64,000 bases of DNA from Eledone cirrhosa (GCA_964016885.1 OZ024744.1:39866001-39930000), one strand, 5' to 3'; shown: positions 9,471-22,027, counted from the first letter of the stretch. A program made the numbers and translations. Notes: generated from the sequence alone by a model not told the origin.

Positions 9471-11499
9471 CTACGGGGTAGTTAGGTCTAAATTAGCTCT
9501 CAAACAGTCAATAATGGTTTAATACGGGCCAACAAGGTTCCATAACAATACTACAATTTTATTAATCTGTATACCCCATCCCTCTCCACCTTCACCACCA
9601 CCTTGTCTGAGCAGCCAACCATGCAATTTCTAACAACGTTCGCCACCAAACATTTGTGTCTGCTCTTATCAACAAATATCTAGCTACTACTGTTTTCTTT
9701 ATAGTGCCTTTCCAGCCAAAATCTCACACCTAGTGCACACTGAAAATGGTATTGTTAGCGCCATGATTAAATGCACTCTGTACACTGTAAATTGTCAGTT
9801 CTGGTGTCACAATAAGTACCCACTTCATTCCATATTAGTAACGCTGGCGCCACGATAAAATGCATCCAGCATACTTTGCTGGTGGTAGTGTTGGTACCAC
9901 GATAAAATGTACCCAATACATTGTCAAGTGCCAGAACTAGTGCTACAACAAATTTACACTGAGTAAACACTATAAAGTGGTTGGTGTTAGGAAGGCCACC
10001 CAGTCGTAGATACCATGCAAACACAGAATACACATGTTGTTCTAGCATTTTATCGGTGTGTAATTTTATTCACAATTGTATAAATAACATTACAAATTAT
10101 TCATAATTCTTACAGAATAAAAATAGTCACAAATAATATATACAATACTTAACAAATATATAAGCTTAAACAAAACTACCATCAATTCACCACAAAATGT
10201 GGAAGCAAGCCAACACGCTCGTGATGGCGAGGCTGAGGCGCTGAAATAACCAGGCAACCCAACGGACATCACCTGACACCTCAGTAAGGCAGCGATGACA
10301 AGAAGTTCGCTGTCAGCGGCCCAACTCTACCAAACGTCACAATGGAACGTATGGACATCTGTCACGTCCAGTCACAGAATGTGACAAACCGCCCAATCCA
10401 TGCCAATGGAAAATAGTGATGATGGTGTTGATAAATACAGACAGACACGAACTGACGAAGGAATCCTAAACCTGATGAATCGGACGAGAAAATTTTGATC
10501 TCTGTCTCTTCATATTATTATTATAGAATTTTATATGAAACATTTTTATCGATTTCTCAATAGAAAATAACAAAAATAAATTGATGCAATAAAAAAAAAA
10601 GAATAAAGTATGTATGAATGATTGAATGCAAAGAAAATTAAATATTTGTGAAACCAGTGAGTCTAAAACCGGCTCTGGTGTTATGAAACAAAAAATATAA
10701 CCACACTAAAAGAAACAAAAACTAAAACAATATTAGTTTCCTGTTTAAATAAAAATATTACATTATAATCTTAAATAAGAAATGTATGTTAAATTATTAT
10801 CTTAGAAATGAAATACAAAATAATTTAGTAAATCTTTCAGAATTCTGCATTAATAAACTGAAAAAGGATTAACAGTTAAACAAGAATATTGAAGGTTAAA
10901 TAAATGTATTGCCAAAAATAAACGTGTGAGTTATCTCCCTTTATAGTAGTAAACAACAACGATATCAAAGCAATGTTTTCTGCACTGAATCTCACGAAAC
11001 TTCTTACAAAAGTTCGTTACATTTATGGAATTTCCACAAGTAAATTATACCGAAACTTAAATATAAGGTTAGTGAAATATCAAATTAATTTAGCCATATA
11101 ATACTATATTAATAACAAAAGTATTTTTTCTTAAATTCCATTATATAATCGGTCTGTTGATCAACTGAATATTTGCAGGAATACAAATCAGAACGTTCTT
11201 ACATTAATATATTTCCAATTTTTTTTTAGTTAAAGGAACTGAAATGAATGGATGTTGTAAGGTATTCAAGCCTTTCTCGAGATTATTATCACCTTAAAGT
11301 ACCAGTAATGTACTGACTTGTGCCAAAAGTAGAAACAATTATCACCTTGAGGAATAATGGAAGTGTATATATATATGGGGTTAGTTATGAATTTCAGTAT
11401 AAGAATAAAATTAGTTTCTGTGGCATTTATGTTGTTAGTTTAAAAAAGGGTTTTTAGCTACGAATGAAACCGGTCACCTCTCACATTACGCAATGTCAC

Positions 11500-11670
11500 A
11501 CCAAGAACGATAACTTAGTAAACAAGCCAACGAGGAAGACCTTTACGTGGTCACTCAACTTGCTAGAAATAACAGGCAAATCGCCCACTTCAAATCATAT
11601 CCTATCCGTCTTTAAAAAAGAAGGTAAAAAAAACTAAAGGACACTTTGGAAAACATTGTAGTTACACTGC
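11500..11670 (+). mobile_element. Interspersed repeat (SINE-like), related to the tandem units at 24670-25130
   Basis: acgtggtcactcaacttgctagaaataacaggcaaatc is the reverse complement of the repeated unit gctgctatttctag...gaccatgtag. Confidence 0.55.
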
Positions 11671-12054
11671 GTGACCCCCCCCCCCCCCACAAAAAACGTA
11701 ATTGTCTTTAAACTCCTCTGAAATTATAAATTCTACCTTGTTTTGAATATTAAAACCCTAATTTTATAAACCACATTCATATTGATTTTGGGTTTCAGTT
11801 TGGTTTTTATTATTGAGAATCTATAATAATAACCAAACTGAAACCACAAATTTCCAGTAGACTAGAACTCAACACCCAGTGGTTAACATCGACATACAGA
11901 GTAGAACAGTCCATTCCATTTCAAAAATGATACAACAATAGTTTAGATCAGAACATAGTTTAGATCACACACCATTTACTATTACTAGCGTTAAAAAAAA
12001 AACCCCCGACACTTTCAATCTCTATATAAATTTGAGCGATTTCCGTCCGTCCGT

Positions 12055-12315
12055 CACACACACTATGTGTTTGTGTGAATGTATGTGTGTGTAAAAGAAA
12101 AGAAGTGGATTGTGAAAAACTATAGCAAAACTGGCGTTCCATTTGTTACGTTGTGTGTGAGTGTATGTGTAAATGTATGTGTATGTTTGTGTGAATGTAT
12201 GCCTGAGTGTGTATTTTTGTAAGTGTGTCTGTGTTTGCACGTTTATATTTATATACTCATACATATAAATATATGCACATACATATACATGCACTCACAC
12301 ACATACACATACGCG
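12055..12315. repeat. Degenerate (TG)n then (CA/TA)n microsatellite region
   Basis: Direct. Confidence 0.8.
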
Positions 12316-12464
12316 TCAGCGTGTTGAAAAAATTCTTAGTTTTCAAAAATGGCAGCTTAAGAAAGATAAAAATCATACAACTCCGAATTATTTTTTTTCT
12401 ATTTATCTTTTGATGAAGGGATTTTATCCTGAAATATAAGATCCATAAAGTGCTGCAAGGTAAC

Positions 12465-12870
12465 ACCCTGGGGCTGGACTGAGGAGATGACAAAAGGCCA
12501 GACGGTATGACCATCTTCCCGTTCCATGGTGGCAAACCCCTCATCTGGGATGCCACTTGCAGCAACACTTTCTCCAGCCGCAACCTGGTGCAGTCTGCAA
12601 CTAACCCAGGTTCTGCTGCTCGTTGGGCTGAGGAGGCCAAACTCTCCAAGTACCGGTCAACCTCCGACAGGTTCGTGGTCGTGCCCTTGGCAGTGGAGTC
12701 TTCTGGTGTCCTTGGCCCTAGGGTTACCTCCCTACTTACCACCATAGGTGCTGAGCTGGCCAACCACAGGTGTGAGCCTCGTGAGTTGGAATGGCTCTTC
12801 CAGCGCATCTCCCTTACCATCCTCCAGAGAAACGCCTTCTCCATTCTGTCCGCAGGGGCTGTGGGCCAGC
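12465..12870 (+). pseudogene. CRE-like non-LTR retrotransposon C-terminal restriction-like endonuclease (PD-D/ExK) fragment
   Basis: GDDKRPDGMTIFPFHGGKPLIWDATC...AEEAKLSKY...FVVVPLAVESSGVLGP...LFQRISLTILQRNAFSIL fits the RPDG...WDxT...K..KY...P.A.E..G..G...QR.S...QRGNA motif set of CRE-clade RLE domains; GC-rich island. Confidence 0.8.
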
Positions 12871-13172
12871 ACGTGGGACCCCATTTGCTCACAATACAGA
12901 GAGATGGGGGGGGGGGGGGGCGATAACGGTGGGAGTTCGGAGGACACATTGCACCTGTCATGTGGATCATGTGATATTTTCATTTTCCCTGAGACACACA
13001 TCCAATGCATCAGCTATGTTGAGTGTGCACACAACCCATTGTTATCATATTTTTAACATTTACACATTGTAGGAGCTTTCAAACAAAGCACCGTTATATG
13101 TAGTTCTTGTCTGGTCACCCTGTGATAAATAGGTGAAACTCCAGAGTAACAACACTCACTATTTAGCCTTAA

Positions 13173-13365
13173 CCCTTTAATGTTCAAACCGGCCCAAACC
13201 GGTCAGAATTCTCTACCTTCTTCTGTTGAAACTGGCTGTAACTGGTCGCTGAAACTGATGTTAAGGTATTGTTCTCAAAATAAACTTTCAAAATCTCATA
13301 GATTCAGTATTATGTGAGATATTATGTGAGGTAAAGCCTTTACCATGAAAATATATGCTAAAGGG
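13173..13365. mobile_element. piggyBac-like MITE
   Basis: TTAA|CCCTTTA...TAAAGGG|TTAA: TTAA TSD with inverted termini. Confidence 0.8.
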
Positions 13366-13429
13366 TTAATAAAATGAATATTAATGCTCTACTTTGGTAG
13401 TCAGTACTCTTTTCTCTCAGCCATGAACT

Positions 13430-13433
13430 ACAC

Positions 13434-13527
<94 letters not shown>

Positions 13528-13545
13528 GTATACATATATATATTT
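13430..13545. repeat. (CA)n(TA)n compound microsatellite
   Basis: Direct. Confidence 0.95.
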
Positions 13546-13865
13546 CATTTTTGAATTTGTTTTGCAAGATTTCTTATCTGAAAACGTGTGTTGAAACAGA
13601 TATTGTTATACTTTGGGAGGGTCATGCTACAATAAAAACACACGCACCTGTTGGTTTTCACTTCAGTTTATATATTTCTGGTTGGTTCGATAACCAGATG
13701 GTTGTTTATATATTGTCAAAGCTCTTTCGTCACATATTCTGTGACCTCCTCACTGACTAGGTTTTATTTTGTGTCTCTCCTTTGTTCTATCCTACACCAT
13801 CTTGTTTTTGTGTGTTGTGTGTTGTGTGCTTAGTTTGTGCATGTGTTACATCCGGGTGTGTGTGT

Positions 13866-14125
13866 GTCATCATCACCGTTTTACATCAATGTCTCACGCT
13901 AGCATGGGTTAGATGGGTCGTCCTGTTGTGGGCAATGCCAGGTCAGGTGACTGTGTCTTGCTCATCCAGGACTGATTTTGGCTCGGTTTCTACAGCTGGA
14001 TACCCTTCCTAACACCAGTACTCATTTACAGTGGGTATTTGGTGCTTTTTTACTGTGGTGCCTACACAACCAATTTACAGTGTGGACTGGATGCTTTTTG
14101 TCATGACACCTACACGACCACTTTA
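13866..14125 (-). mobile_element. RTE-tailed SINE-like element or RTE 3' extension
   Basis: Minus strand: aaaaagcatccagtccacactgtaaa...gttaggaagggtatccagctgtagaaacc...aacccatgctagcgtgagacattgatgtaaaacggtgatgatg. Confidence 0.7.
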
Positions 14126-14169
14126 TAGTGGGAGGGACTTACTGTCTATATCCTTCAGCTTTGGTTTGT

Positions 14170-16340
14170 ACCTGTGGGAACTCAGGTCTTCTGTATTACT
14201 GCGTAACACCAGAGGTCTCGGTCCTGTATCATCGCCTTTGAGAGGTGCAATTGGGCAAGGTCAGTTTTTATCACCTCATTCCAGGTCTTCTTGGGTCTCC
14301 CCACTCCACGGCTTCCATTGACTTATAGTGCTCTGCACCTTTTTACGCAGCTGTCATCCTTCATGCACATCATATGTCCATACCAACGCAATCTCCTCTC
14401 TTAATTCATTTATATTACTATTATACATCCATCAGAGCATGGAAGCTTCATTTCTTTCTAATCTAAGCAACTCTTTTGCACACAATGCCTAAGTCTCACT
14501 ACCATGTAACATTGCTGTTCGTATGCACGCATCATACAGTCTGCCTTTCATTTTGAGGGAAACACCTTTTGTTACTAACAGTGATAGTAGCTCCCTGAAC
14601 TTCTTCCATCCCGTTCTTACCCTGGTCACTGTACTTTCAGAACAGCTCCCTCTGCTGTTGATTCGGTCACCTAGATAGCAAAAGCTGTCTACTGTTTCTA
14701 CAGAGTCCTCCCAGAATTTGGTAGTTTTTGTTTCCTGTGGCTGTTTGCTGCTTACTGTCCTGGTGCAACTGCTACATGTAAAGCCTACATTCTTAGCTAG
14801 ATTTCCTGAGATCCTACCACATCTCTTGTGCCTTCATAGTTTGCATTTGGGGCAGAGGATGGAATTTCTACCTACACCTTTCCTGCATACCGAGCAAGGC
14901 CATTTCCCTGAGGGGATCTGGGTTTTGTTTTCCCATCTACTTACGAGCACCTTAGTCTTTGTCAGGTTGACTCTGAGGCCTCTTCTTTCTAGTCCCTGCT
15001 TCCATGTTTGGAATCTCTTCTCTAGTTCCATCATAGATTCAACTATAAGTGTAAGATCATCCATATACGGAAGTTCCTATGGGCATCCGGTCTTAAACTC
15101 CTTTGTTGTAGCCTGCAGTACTATAATAAACAGGAAAGGGCTAAGAACAGACCTCTGATGGGCACCAATCTGTATGCTAAATTCCTTGCTATAGTCATTG
15201 TTAACCCTAACTTTGCTGACTGCTCCCCTATACATGGCTTGTACAGCTTTCACAAGCCATTCATCTACTCCTAGTTTTCCAAGAGCCCACCAGATTATAG
15301 CACAGGGCACTCTGTCGAAAGCTTTTTCCAGATCAACAAATGTCAGGTAGAGCGGTTTACTTTTAACTAGGTACTTTTCCTGTAACTGCCTCCCAAGGAA
15401 GAGAGCATCAGTGGTGCTTTTGCCTGGCACAAACCCGAAGTGCATATCATCTAGATTTACCCGGTCCCTAATCAGCTGTGCTATAACTCTTTCCGTTACT
15501 TTCATGACCTAGTCCATCAGCTTTATACCTCTATAGTTTCCGCTAGTGAATCTCCTTTACCCTTGTAGTAGTTGACAATGCTACTGCTGCACCAATCCTT
15601 CGGTATGATGTCCTCTAGTATTACCTGGTTAACAATATGTGCGGTTATAGTGTAATCTACCGACCCAGATGCTTTCAGCATCTCAGCAGCTATACCCAAT
15701 GGACCAGATGATAAAGTGCTGAGAAGAAAGCTGCATGGAAGAGCCATTATGAAAGATTACTGAATGAGGAGAATGCATGGGAGAAAGAGACCCTACCCCA
15801 AGTAGACCCTATAGAGGGGCCAACAATACAAGTCAGCAGCAGTGTAGTAAGTAAGGCAATCAAAGATATGAAGACAGGGAAGGCAACTGGTCCATTGGGT
15901 ATAGCTGCTGAGATAAGCATCTCAGCAGCTATACCCAATGGACCAGTTGCCTTCCCTGGACCAGTTGCCTTTCCTGTCTTCATATCTTTGATTGCCTTAC
16001 TTACTACACTGCTGCTGACTTGTATTGTTGGCCCCTCTATAGGGTCTACTTGGGGTAGGGTCTCTTTCTCCCATGCATTCTCCTCATTCAGTAATCTTTC
16101 ATAATGGCTCTTCCATGCAGCTTTCTTCTCAGCACTTTATCATTCCTGACACACTTCTCTCCAATGACATCACAATTTTCTCTAACACATTGCCTCGCAA
16201 TCTTGAACACCTCCTGTTTCTGGTCCTCATGTTGCAAGACATGCTTGAATTTTCTATCCTCTGCTTCCCTCCTAGCTAAGTATACTTGTTGCCTAGCTTC
16301 CTTCCTGGTCTCTTGTAATGTATCCTGTTTCCCCCGTTCT
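14170..16340 (-). pseudogene. RTE-clade LINE, 5'-truncated and decayed (RT region), containing an internal inverted duplication
   Basis: Peptides FGFVPGKSTTDALF, FVDLEKAFDRVP, VLSPFLFIIV, GLRVNLTKTKVL and GKWPCSVCRKGVGRNSILC, with stops and frameshifts. Confidence 0.92.
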
Positions 16341-16344
16341 TCTG

Positions 16345-17540
16345 TGTTTATTTACTTGTCATTAGTTGGTTGTTTGTTCTATCTGTGTCTGTCTGATTTG
16401 TTTTGTTAGTTTGGTTTTTGTGAGTTTGTGTGTCTTCATTTTGTCTTTAATTTCTAGTTGTGGTGTTCCTATTCCACTCATGTCTTCTGTTTAATTTTGG
16501 TTGGAGTTCGTTTATGTTTGTCACCTCTGTGATTTGTCTGAGCATTGCATCTTTTCTGTGTGTGGATATAATTTTTATCTCTATGTTCTCTAATGTGCTC
16601 CAATGTTCTATTTTGGCATGTTGTTGGAGTAATGATGAGTTTTTCCCATCCTAGAATTCTCGCTAGTGTTCACTTATCCTTTCTCCGATGCTACAGGCTG
16701 TTTCACCTATGTATGTTATAGTCTTGTTCCTACGCTGTCTCTCAGTGCATCTTAAGCTATATACTATGTTCCTAGTTTTGCAGTTAGTTTGTGGGTTTAG
16801 CTTGCAGTCTCTGCATTTCCTGTCAGCACAGGGGGATCTTTGAAATGGGTATGTTTTACTAATTAGGGTTTTTATGGGAATTCCTGGTCTTTCAACTATC
16901 TTAATATTTAATTTGAGCTTGTCTAGGGTCCTTCTAAATCTGTAAGCTAGTTCACCTCTAGGGGTTGTATTGACAAACATTACACTTTAGTATTTATTAT
17001 CATACCATGAGTTAATTTCATTTGCCTTATTCCTAATCCTTTTTATTCTGTTCCAAAATGTGTTCCTATACATGGAGCAAGTCCTATTCACATCATTTTC
17101 TACAATTTTTGCCCATTTGGTTCTGGCTCCTTTATATACCCTGATCTTATCTCTCTGATTGTAGCCAGAGAACTGCATGTGGTGGATGAACTATTGTATG
17201 TGTCTCTCTAATTCTTTAGGATTGCACATGTGGGACACGTTCCTCACCACTCTTAATAAGTCTGCAATCAGTATGTTGATTTTTATGTGATCCAAAACAG
17301 CTGAGTTTCAGTGGATTTGGAGGTCATGGGTTTGGCTTAATGCGAATGGAGGATTTGTGTTCTATTACGAATAGTTTCCAACCAGAGTTCTGTGTCTAAT
17401 ATGGGTAATCTATGGTTGAGGTGTTTAGTTGGGTAGTCTATAGTAACTTAAATACTCTGGTGGATGGAGTTAGCTATTTGCTGGATGCTTTCCATGGTGT
17501 TCTTCTCTAATTTCTGACTGTTTCTCCTGTGGGGGTGTTT
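16345..17540 (-). pseudogene. Penelope-like retroelement remnant (RT C-terminus plus GIY-YIG endonuclease)
   Basis: CKTRNIVYSLRC...YIGETACSIGERISEH (GIY-YIG with upstream Cys motif) at 16663-16980; upstream minus-strand TMESIQQIANSIHQSI*VTIDYPTKHLNHRLPILDTELW (about 17380-17505) and MQFSGY are typical of the PLE RT thumb region. Confidence 0.85.
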
Positions 17541-18559
17541 TAACTCCTTCTCAGTATGTTCTTTAGAGTTGTGTGTCAGGGGAACCAGCCTGTGTAATTT
17601 GGCTCAGATTCACTTCCTCAGTAGACTCCTTGGAATGGAAAGGTCTGTTTAGCTAGCTAGTATGATGCAGTGACTGTCATCACCAAGTGTAGTAGTAGTA
17701 AACCTAGAATTTTAGTGCCATGTGACTTCATCATCAACATCATCATTTTTACAACAGTTTTTCCACTCTTGCATGGGTTGGAGAGGTCCTTTTCATCTTA
17801 TACATCAAATATATTTAATCTGTACACTAATGTCAAAGATTCCTCTGATTTTTATCATTTTGAGTATGCACATGGAATTGTCAGTTGCATAGATGTGAAG
17901 CTGTAAGGCAAAAGAAGAGTTTTACATAATTATTAAAATTACATATAATTTATATAATGTTTATGATTTACAAAATTAAAAAGAGTCAGATAGAAGAAAA
18001 AAAAAATAGCAAGAAAACTTACCCACTCAATTACTCCCTACAACAGATAATGCTAATGTGGCTCTTTAAAAGGTTTTGAGGTAAACCAGGACACTCCCTG
18101 CATAGCTGGCTGTGATTACAAGCCTGGGGCACTAGAATAAACAAGCAGCTTTATGAGTATCACCTGTTAATGTGAGTGGAGGGGGGGGGGGGACTCAGAG
18201 TCTTCAAACATTTCTTTCAGCGGCTCCTGCGAGAATCAACAGTCTCCAACTGATCCAGCTGGATCCCCAAGTGTGACCAGCCAAGCTCATGAATCTTATC
18301 CAACTATCTTGCTTGGCAGTCTACCCTTGGGTTGCTTGCTGGCTGGTTTTGCCCTTAAAATCTGTCCAGCGATTCTTTCCTGAGAGATTCTAACCACATG
18401 TTTATAGTATCAGAGCTATGATCTCTCAATTTGGAGAAGTAGTGGCTCTACCTGGAGTAACTCTCTGATCTCTGTGTTACACTTGAGTAACGTTATGCCA
18501 AAAGTTGAAAAATGTAATTTATTGGTGGTGGATAGGGCCCCTGAGTGGATAGGGCTGCT

Positions 18560-18640
18560 GGTGGCACGAATAAAAGCACCCAGTTTATGCTGTAAAGTGG
18601 TGCTGGTGTTAGGAAGAGCATCCAACCAGTATATATACTA
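18560..18640 (+). mobile_element. SINE-like head module upstream of the RTE
   Basis: aaaagcacccagtttatgctgtaaagtggtgctggtgttaggaagagcatcca matches the module at 4520-4860 and 7035-7115. Confidence 0.55.
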
Positions 18641-18699
18641 CTGCCAAAAACTATGAGCAGAACAAATGTGATTTGCAACAACTGCGTAAACAGCAATAA

Positions 18700-21600
18700 C
18701 ACTAACCATGTTAGGGCTGCGCACGGTAGTGGGGTGGCTAGTGAGGCCATGTGTGAGAAACCCTCGACTGTCATCAAGCAATCGCACAACAGGAAAAAGA
18801 ACAAGATGTCGCATCTGGTGAGATAGTGGAGATGCTAGAGAGAAGGTATGTGGATGTGTGCTGCGTGTTAGAGGTGAGATGGAGAGGTGCCTCTGCAAGA
18901 CTAATCGCAGGCAAACATCATAGTTATAAGCTTTTCTGGGTGGGTAATGATGATGGGTTAGGTGGGGTAGGCATATTACTGGTTGAGAGGTGGATCAATA
19001 AGACAATAGAGGTAGTTAGAGTTAGTGATAGAATAATTAAGCTTAGATTAGTTGTAGGCAAGAGACTACTGACAATCATCTCTGCCTATGCTCCCCAGGT
19101 TGGCCTAGGTAAAGAAGAGAAAGACTGCTTTTACGAGCAACTTTTACAAACAACCGCAATGACAGAGGACAGAGACATCGTTATACTAGCAGGGGACTTC
19201 CATGGTCATGTTGGACAGCTCCAGGATGTATACAATAGGGTACATGGTGGGCACGGTTATGGCTCAAGAAATGAAGAAAGTGTGAGGTTTCTTGAATTTT
19301 GTGATGCAAGTGCACTAAACCATTTGCAACACTAACTTCCAGAAGCCTACCAACCACCTAATAACCTACAAATCAGGCGAGCGCATAAGCCAGATTGACT
19401 TCCTGCTAGTTAGACAGCGAGACAGACAGATGGTGTCAAATACTAAGGCATACCCTGGGTAAGAATGTACCCCACAGCATAGGTTAGTCGTTAGTGACAT
19501 CTCAGTAAGCAAGAGAAAGAATGAGACATACAGGAAGGTGTGGTAAAGAAAGGTCTGGAAGCTAAAAGACCTTTCACTAAAATATAAATCCCTTCAAGAC
19601 ATGTATGACGAAAAAGAAGACGATTTAGAGTTGTGACATAGATGATAACTGGAATTTCTTGCGTGACAACTTACTGCAGGCTTCAGAAGAAACTTGTGGC
19701 TGGGGCAGAGCTTCAACCAGTCAGAGAGTGACCTGGTGGTGGAACAGCATGGTAGATAGGGCCTTTAGAGACAAAAGACTGGCATGGAAGGCTTGGAAAA
19801 ATGGTGGGAGTAGAGAAGGATACACAGCCGCTAAGAGAGAAGCTAGACGTCAGGTGTACTTAGCATGCAGGGAGGCTGAGAGTAGGAGGTTTGCCAATGT
19901 TCTGTGACGGGAAGATCAGAGACGTGCGGTGTTCCACATTGCAAGGCAGTGTGTCAATGCAAATCAGGATGTTGTTGGAGATAAGTGTGTCCGGAATGAT
20001 GCTGGCATACTTAGTGTCACGAATGATAAAAAAAAAGGAAGCCTGGAAATGTCATTATGAGAGACTGATGAATGTGGAGAACGAATGGGAGAGAGAGAAA
20101 TTACCTTCAGTAGACCCAACAGAGGGACCAGCTATTGAGATTGACCAATATAGGGTATAAAAGGCAATTAAGGAAATGAAGAATGGTAAGGCTGCTGGAC
20201 CGCCGGGGATAGTTGCTTAGTTGCTGAAGGCATCAGGAGACATAGGCACTAAACTGGTTGCACGCATCATCAATCAAGCTATATATGGTGGTGTCATACC
20301 CAAAGACTGGTGCAGCAGTATTCTTATAAATTGCTACAAAGGTAAAGAGGAGCAATTATAGGGGCATAAAGCTGATGGATCAAGTTATGAAAGTGGCAGA
20401 GAGAATATTAACGCAACTGATTAGAGAAAGGGTCAAATTAGATGAGATGCAGTTTGGTTTTGAACCTCGGAAAAGTACAACAGATGCCCTCTTCTTGGTG
20501 AGACAATTGCAAGAGAGGTTCTTAGAGAAGAATAAGCCACTATACTTAGCTTGTGTTGACCTAGAGAAGGCCTTTGATAGGGTACACCGATCTGTCATCT
20601 GGTGGTCCCTAAGGCAACTAGGTGTAGAGGAATGGCTTGTGAGGACAGTGCAAGCTATGTACAGAGGTGCTGTCAGTAAAGTGAGAGTAGGAATGGCGTT
20701 TAGTGAGGAATTCCAGATACAAGTAGGTGTACATCAGGGTTCGGTCCTCAGCCAGCTCTTGTTCATTATAGTCCTCCAAGCCATAAAAGAGGAGTTTAAG
20801 ACTGGCTGTCCATGGGAGCTTCTCTTTGCTGATGATCTGGTTCTTATAGCAGAATCAGTAGAGGAGCTAGAGAATAAATTCTGGCTATGGAAACAGCAGT
20901 AGGAATCAAGAGCACCGAGAGTGAACATAGCTAAGACAAAAGTGTTGATAAGTAGAAGAGAGGACAATACTCCGATTCCATCAGGGAAATGGCCATGTTC
21001 GATATGTAGAAAAGGAACTGGCATAAATTCCATAAAATGTACACAATGCAGATCTTGGGTACACAAGAGATGTAGTGTGATAGGCAAACTAACAGGTAGG
21101 GAAAACTACCTATGCAGTAGATGTACAGGGAAAGTTGGCAGGAGTAATTGCAGTGATAGACACATTTTTCCAATGCAGGTGGGTTCTATAGAAGTGGTTG
21201 ATAGCTTCCGGTACCTAGGTGATCAGATTAGCATGGGAGGGGAAGGGGCGTGTTCTGAGGCCATAGTATCTAGAATAAGGACGGATTGGAAGAAGTTTAG
21301 GGAACTGCTTCCTCTTTTGACAAAGAAGGGTTTCTCCCTGTGTACGAAAGGACGGTTATATGATGCCTGTGTGAGATGCGCTATGCTGCATGGTAGTGAG
21401 ACATGGGCAGCAACTATAGAAGATATGTGACAGCTGGAGAGAAATGAAGCAAGTATGCTCCGTTGGATGTGTAATGTCAATGTGCTTGAATGACCAAGCA
21501 TAGACGAGTTGAGAAAGAAACTGGGTATAAGAGGGATAAGTTGTGGTGTGCAGAAGAGAAGGCTGAGATGTTATGGACATGTGATGTGCATGGAGGATGA

Positions 21601-21825
21601 CCACTGAGTAAAGATGTGCCAAGAAATCCCAGTAGAAGGAAGACGCAGTAGAGGTAGACCACGAAAAACATGGGCGGAGGTGGTGAGAGCAGACCTCAGA
21701 TCGCTGAAACTCATGGAGGAGATGACGAAGGACCGTGACAAGTGGAGAGATGCTGTGCTGAATAGGACCCATCCCACCCTTGCAAGCAGGGAAAAGCGGA
21801 CGTAAAATGATGATGATGATGATGG
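18700..21825 (+). mobile_element. Near full-length RTE-clade LINE (APE endonuclease + reverse transcriptase), inactivated
   Basis: APE motifs (VCCVLEVRWRG, SAYAPQVG, ILAGDFHGHVG, SQIDF), RT motifs (QFGF, DLEKAFDRV, GVHQGSVLS, LLFADDLVL, FRYLG), C-terminal RGRPRKTW and a (GAT)n 3' tail; broken by stops and frameshifts. Confidence 0.95.
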
Positions 21826-22027
21826 TCACTATATTTTAGTAGCTTGTTGTGTTTGACTATATATCCAGTGGCTTTCACCTTTGTCACTGCATCTAGCATG
21901 TGAAAGGGAGTGAAAGAGTCACTACGGTCCATTTTATGCTTTGGCTCAAATGACGTTAAAGCTGTTATATTTAAAAAAATAAATTTCATTGCTATTTTTC
22001 CACTTGTAGGCTAGAAAGTATTACATG

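Noticed and set aside
10452-10492. Functional hammerhead ribozyme
   Set aside because: CUGACGA plus a short stem II is present, but the required GAAA is AAAC and I could not identify convincing stems I and III or a cleavage triplet
11230-11261. Additional micro-exon (tttttttAG ttaaaggaactgaaatgaatggatgttgtaag GT)
   Set aside because: Donor ambiguous and two of three frames closed; indistinguishable from chance in AT-rich DNA
11981-12060. Helitron termini (actagcg...; tctctatataaatttgagcgatttccgtccgtcc)
   Set aside because: Motifs resemble Helitron ends, but I could not pair them with a matching hairpin/CTAG end
12257-12970. 237-aa minus-strand ORF
   Set aside because: Antisense to the CRE-like RLE fragment and running into microsatellite; no recognisable domain
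13358-13567. ORFs rich in IY/CV/TH dipeptides (also 8009-8251 and 12022-12294)
   Set aside because: Translations of microsatellites
15747-16104. Two nearly identical 78-aa ORFs on opposite strands
   Set aside because: Consequence of the palindrome within the RTE, not genes
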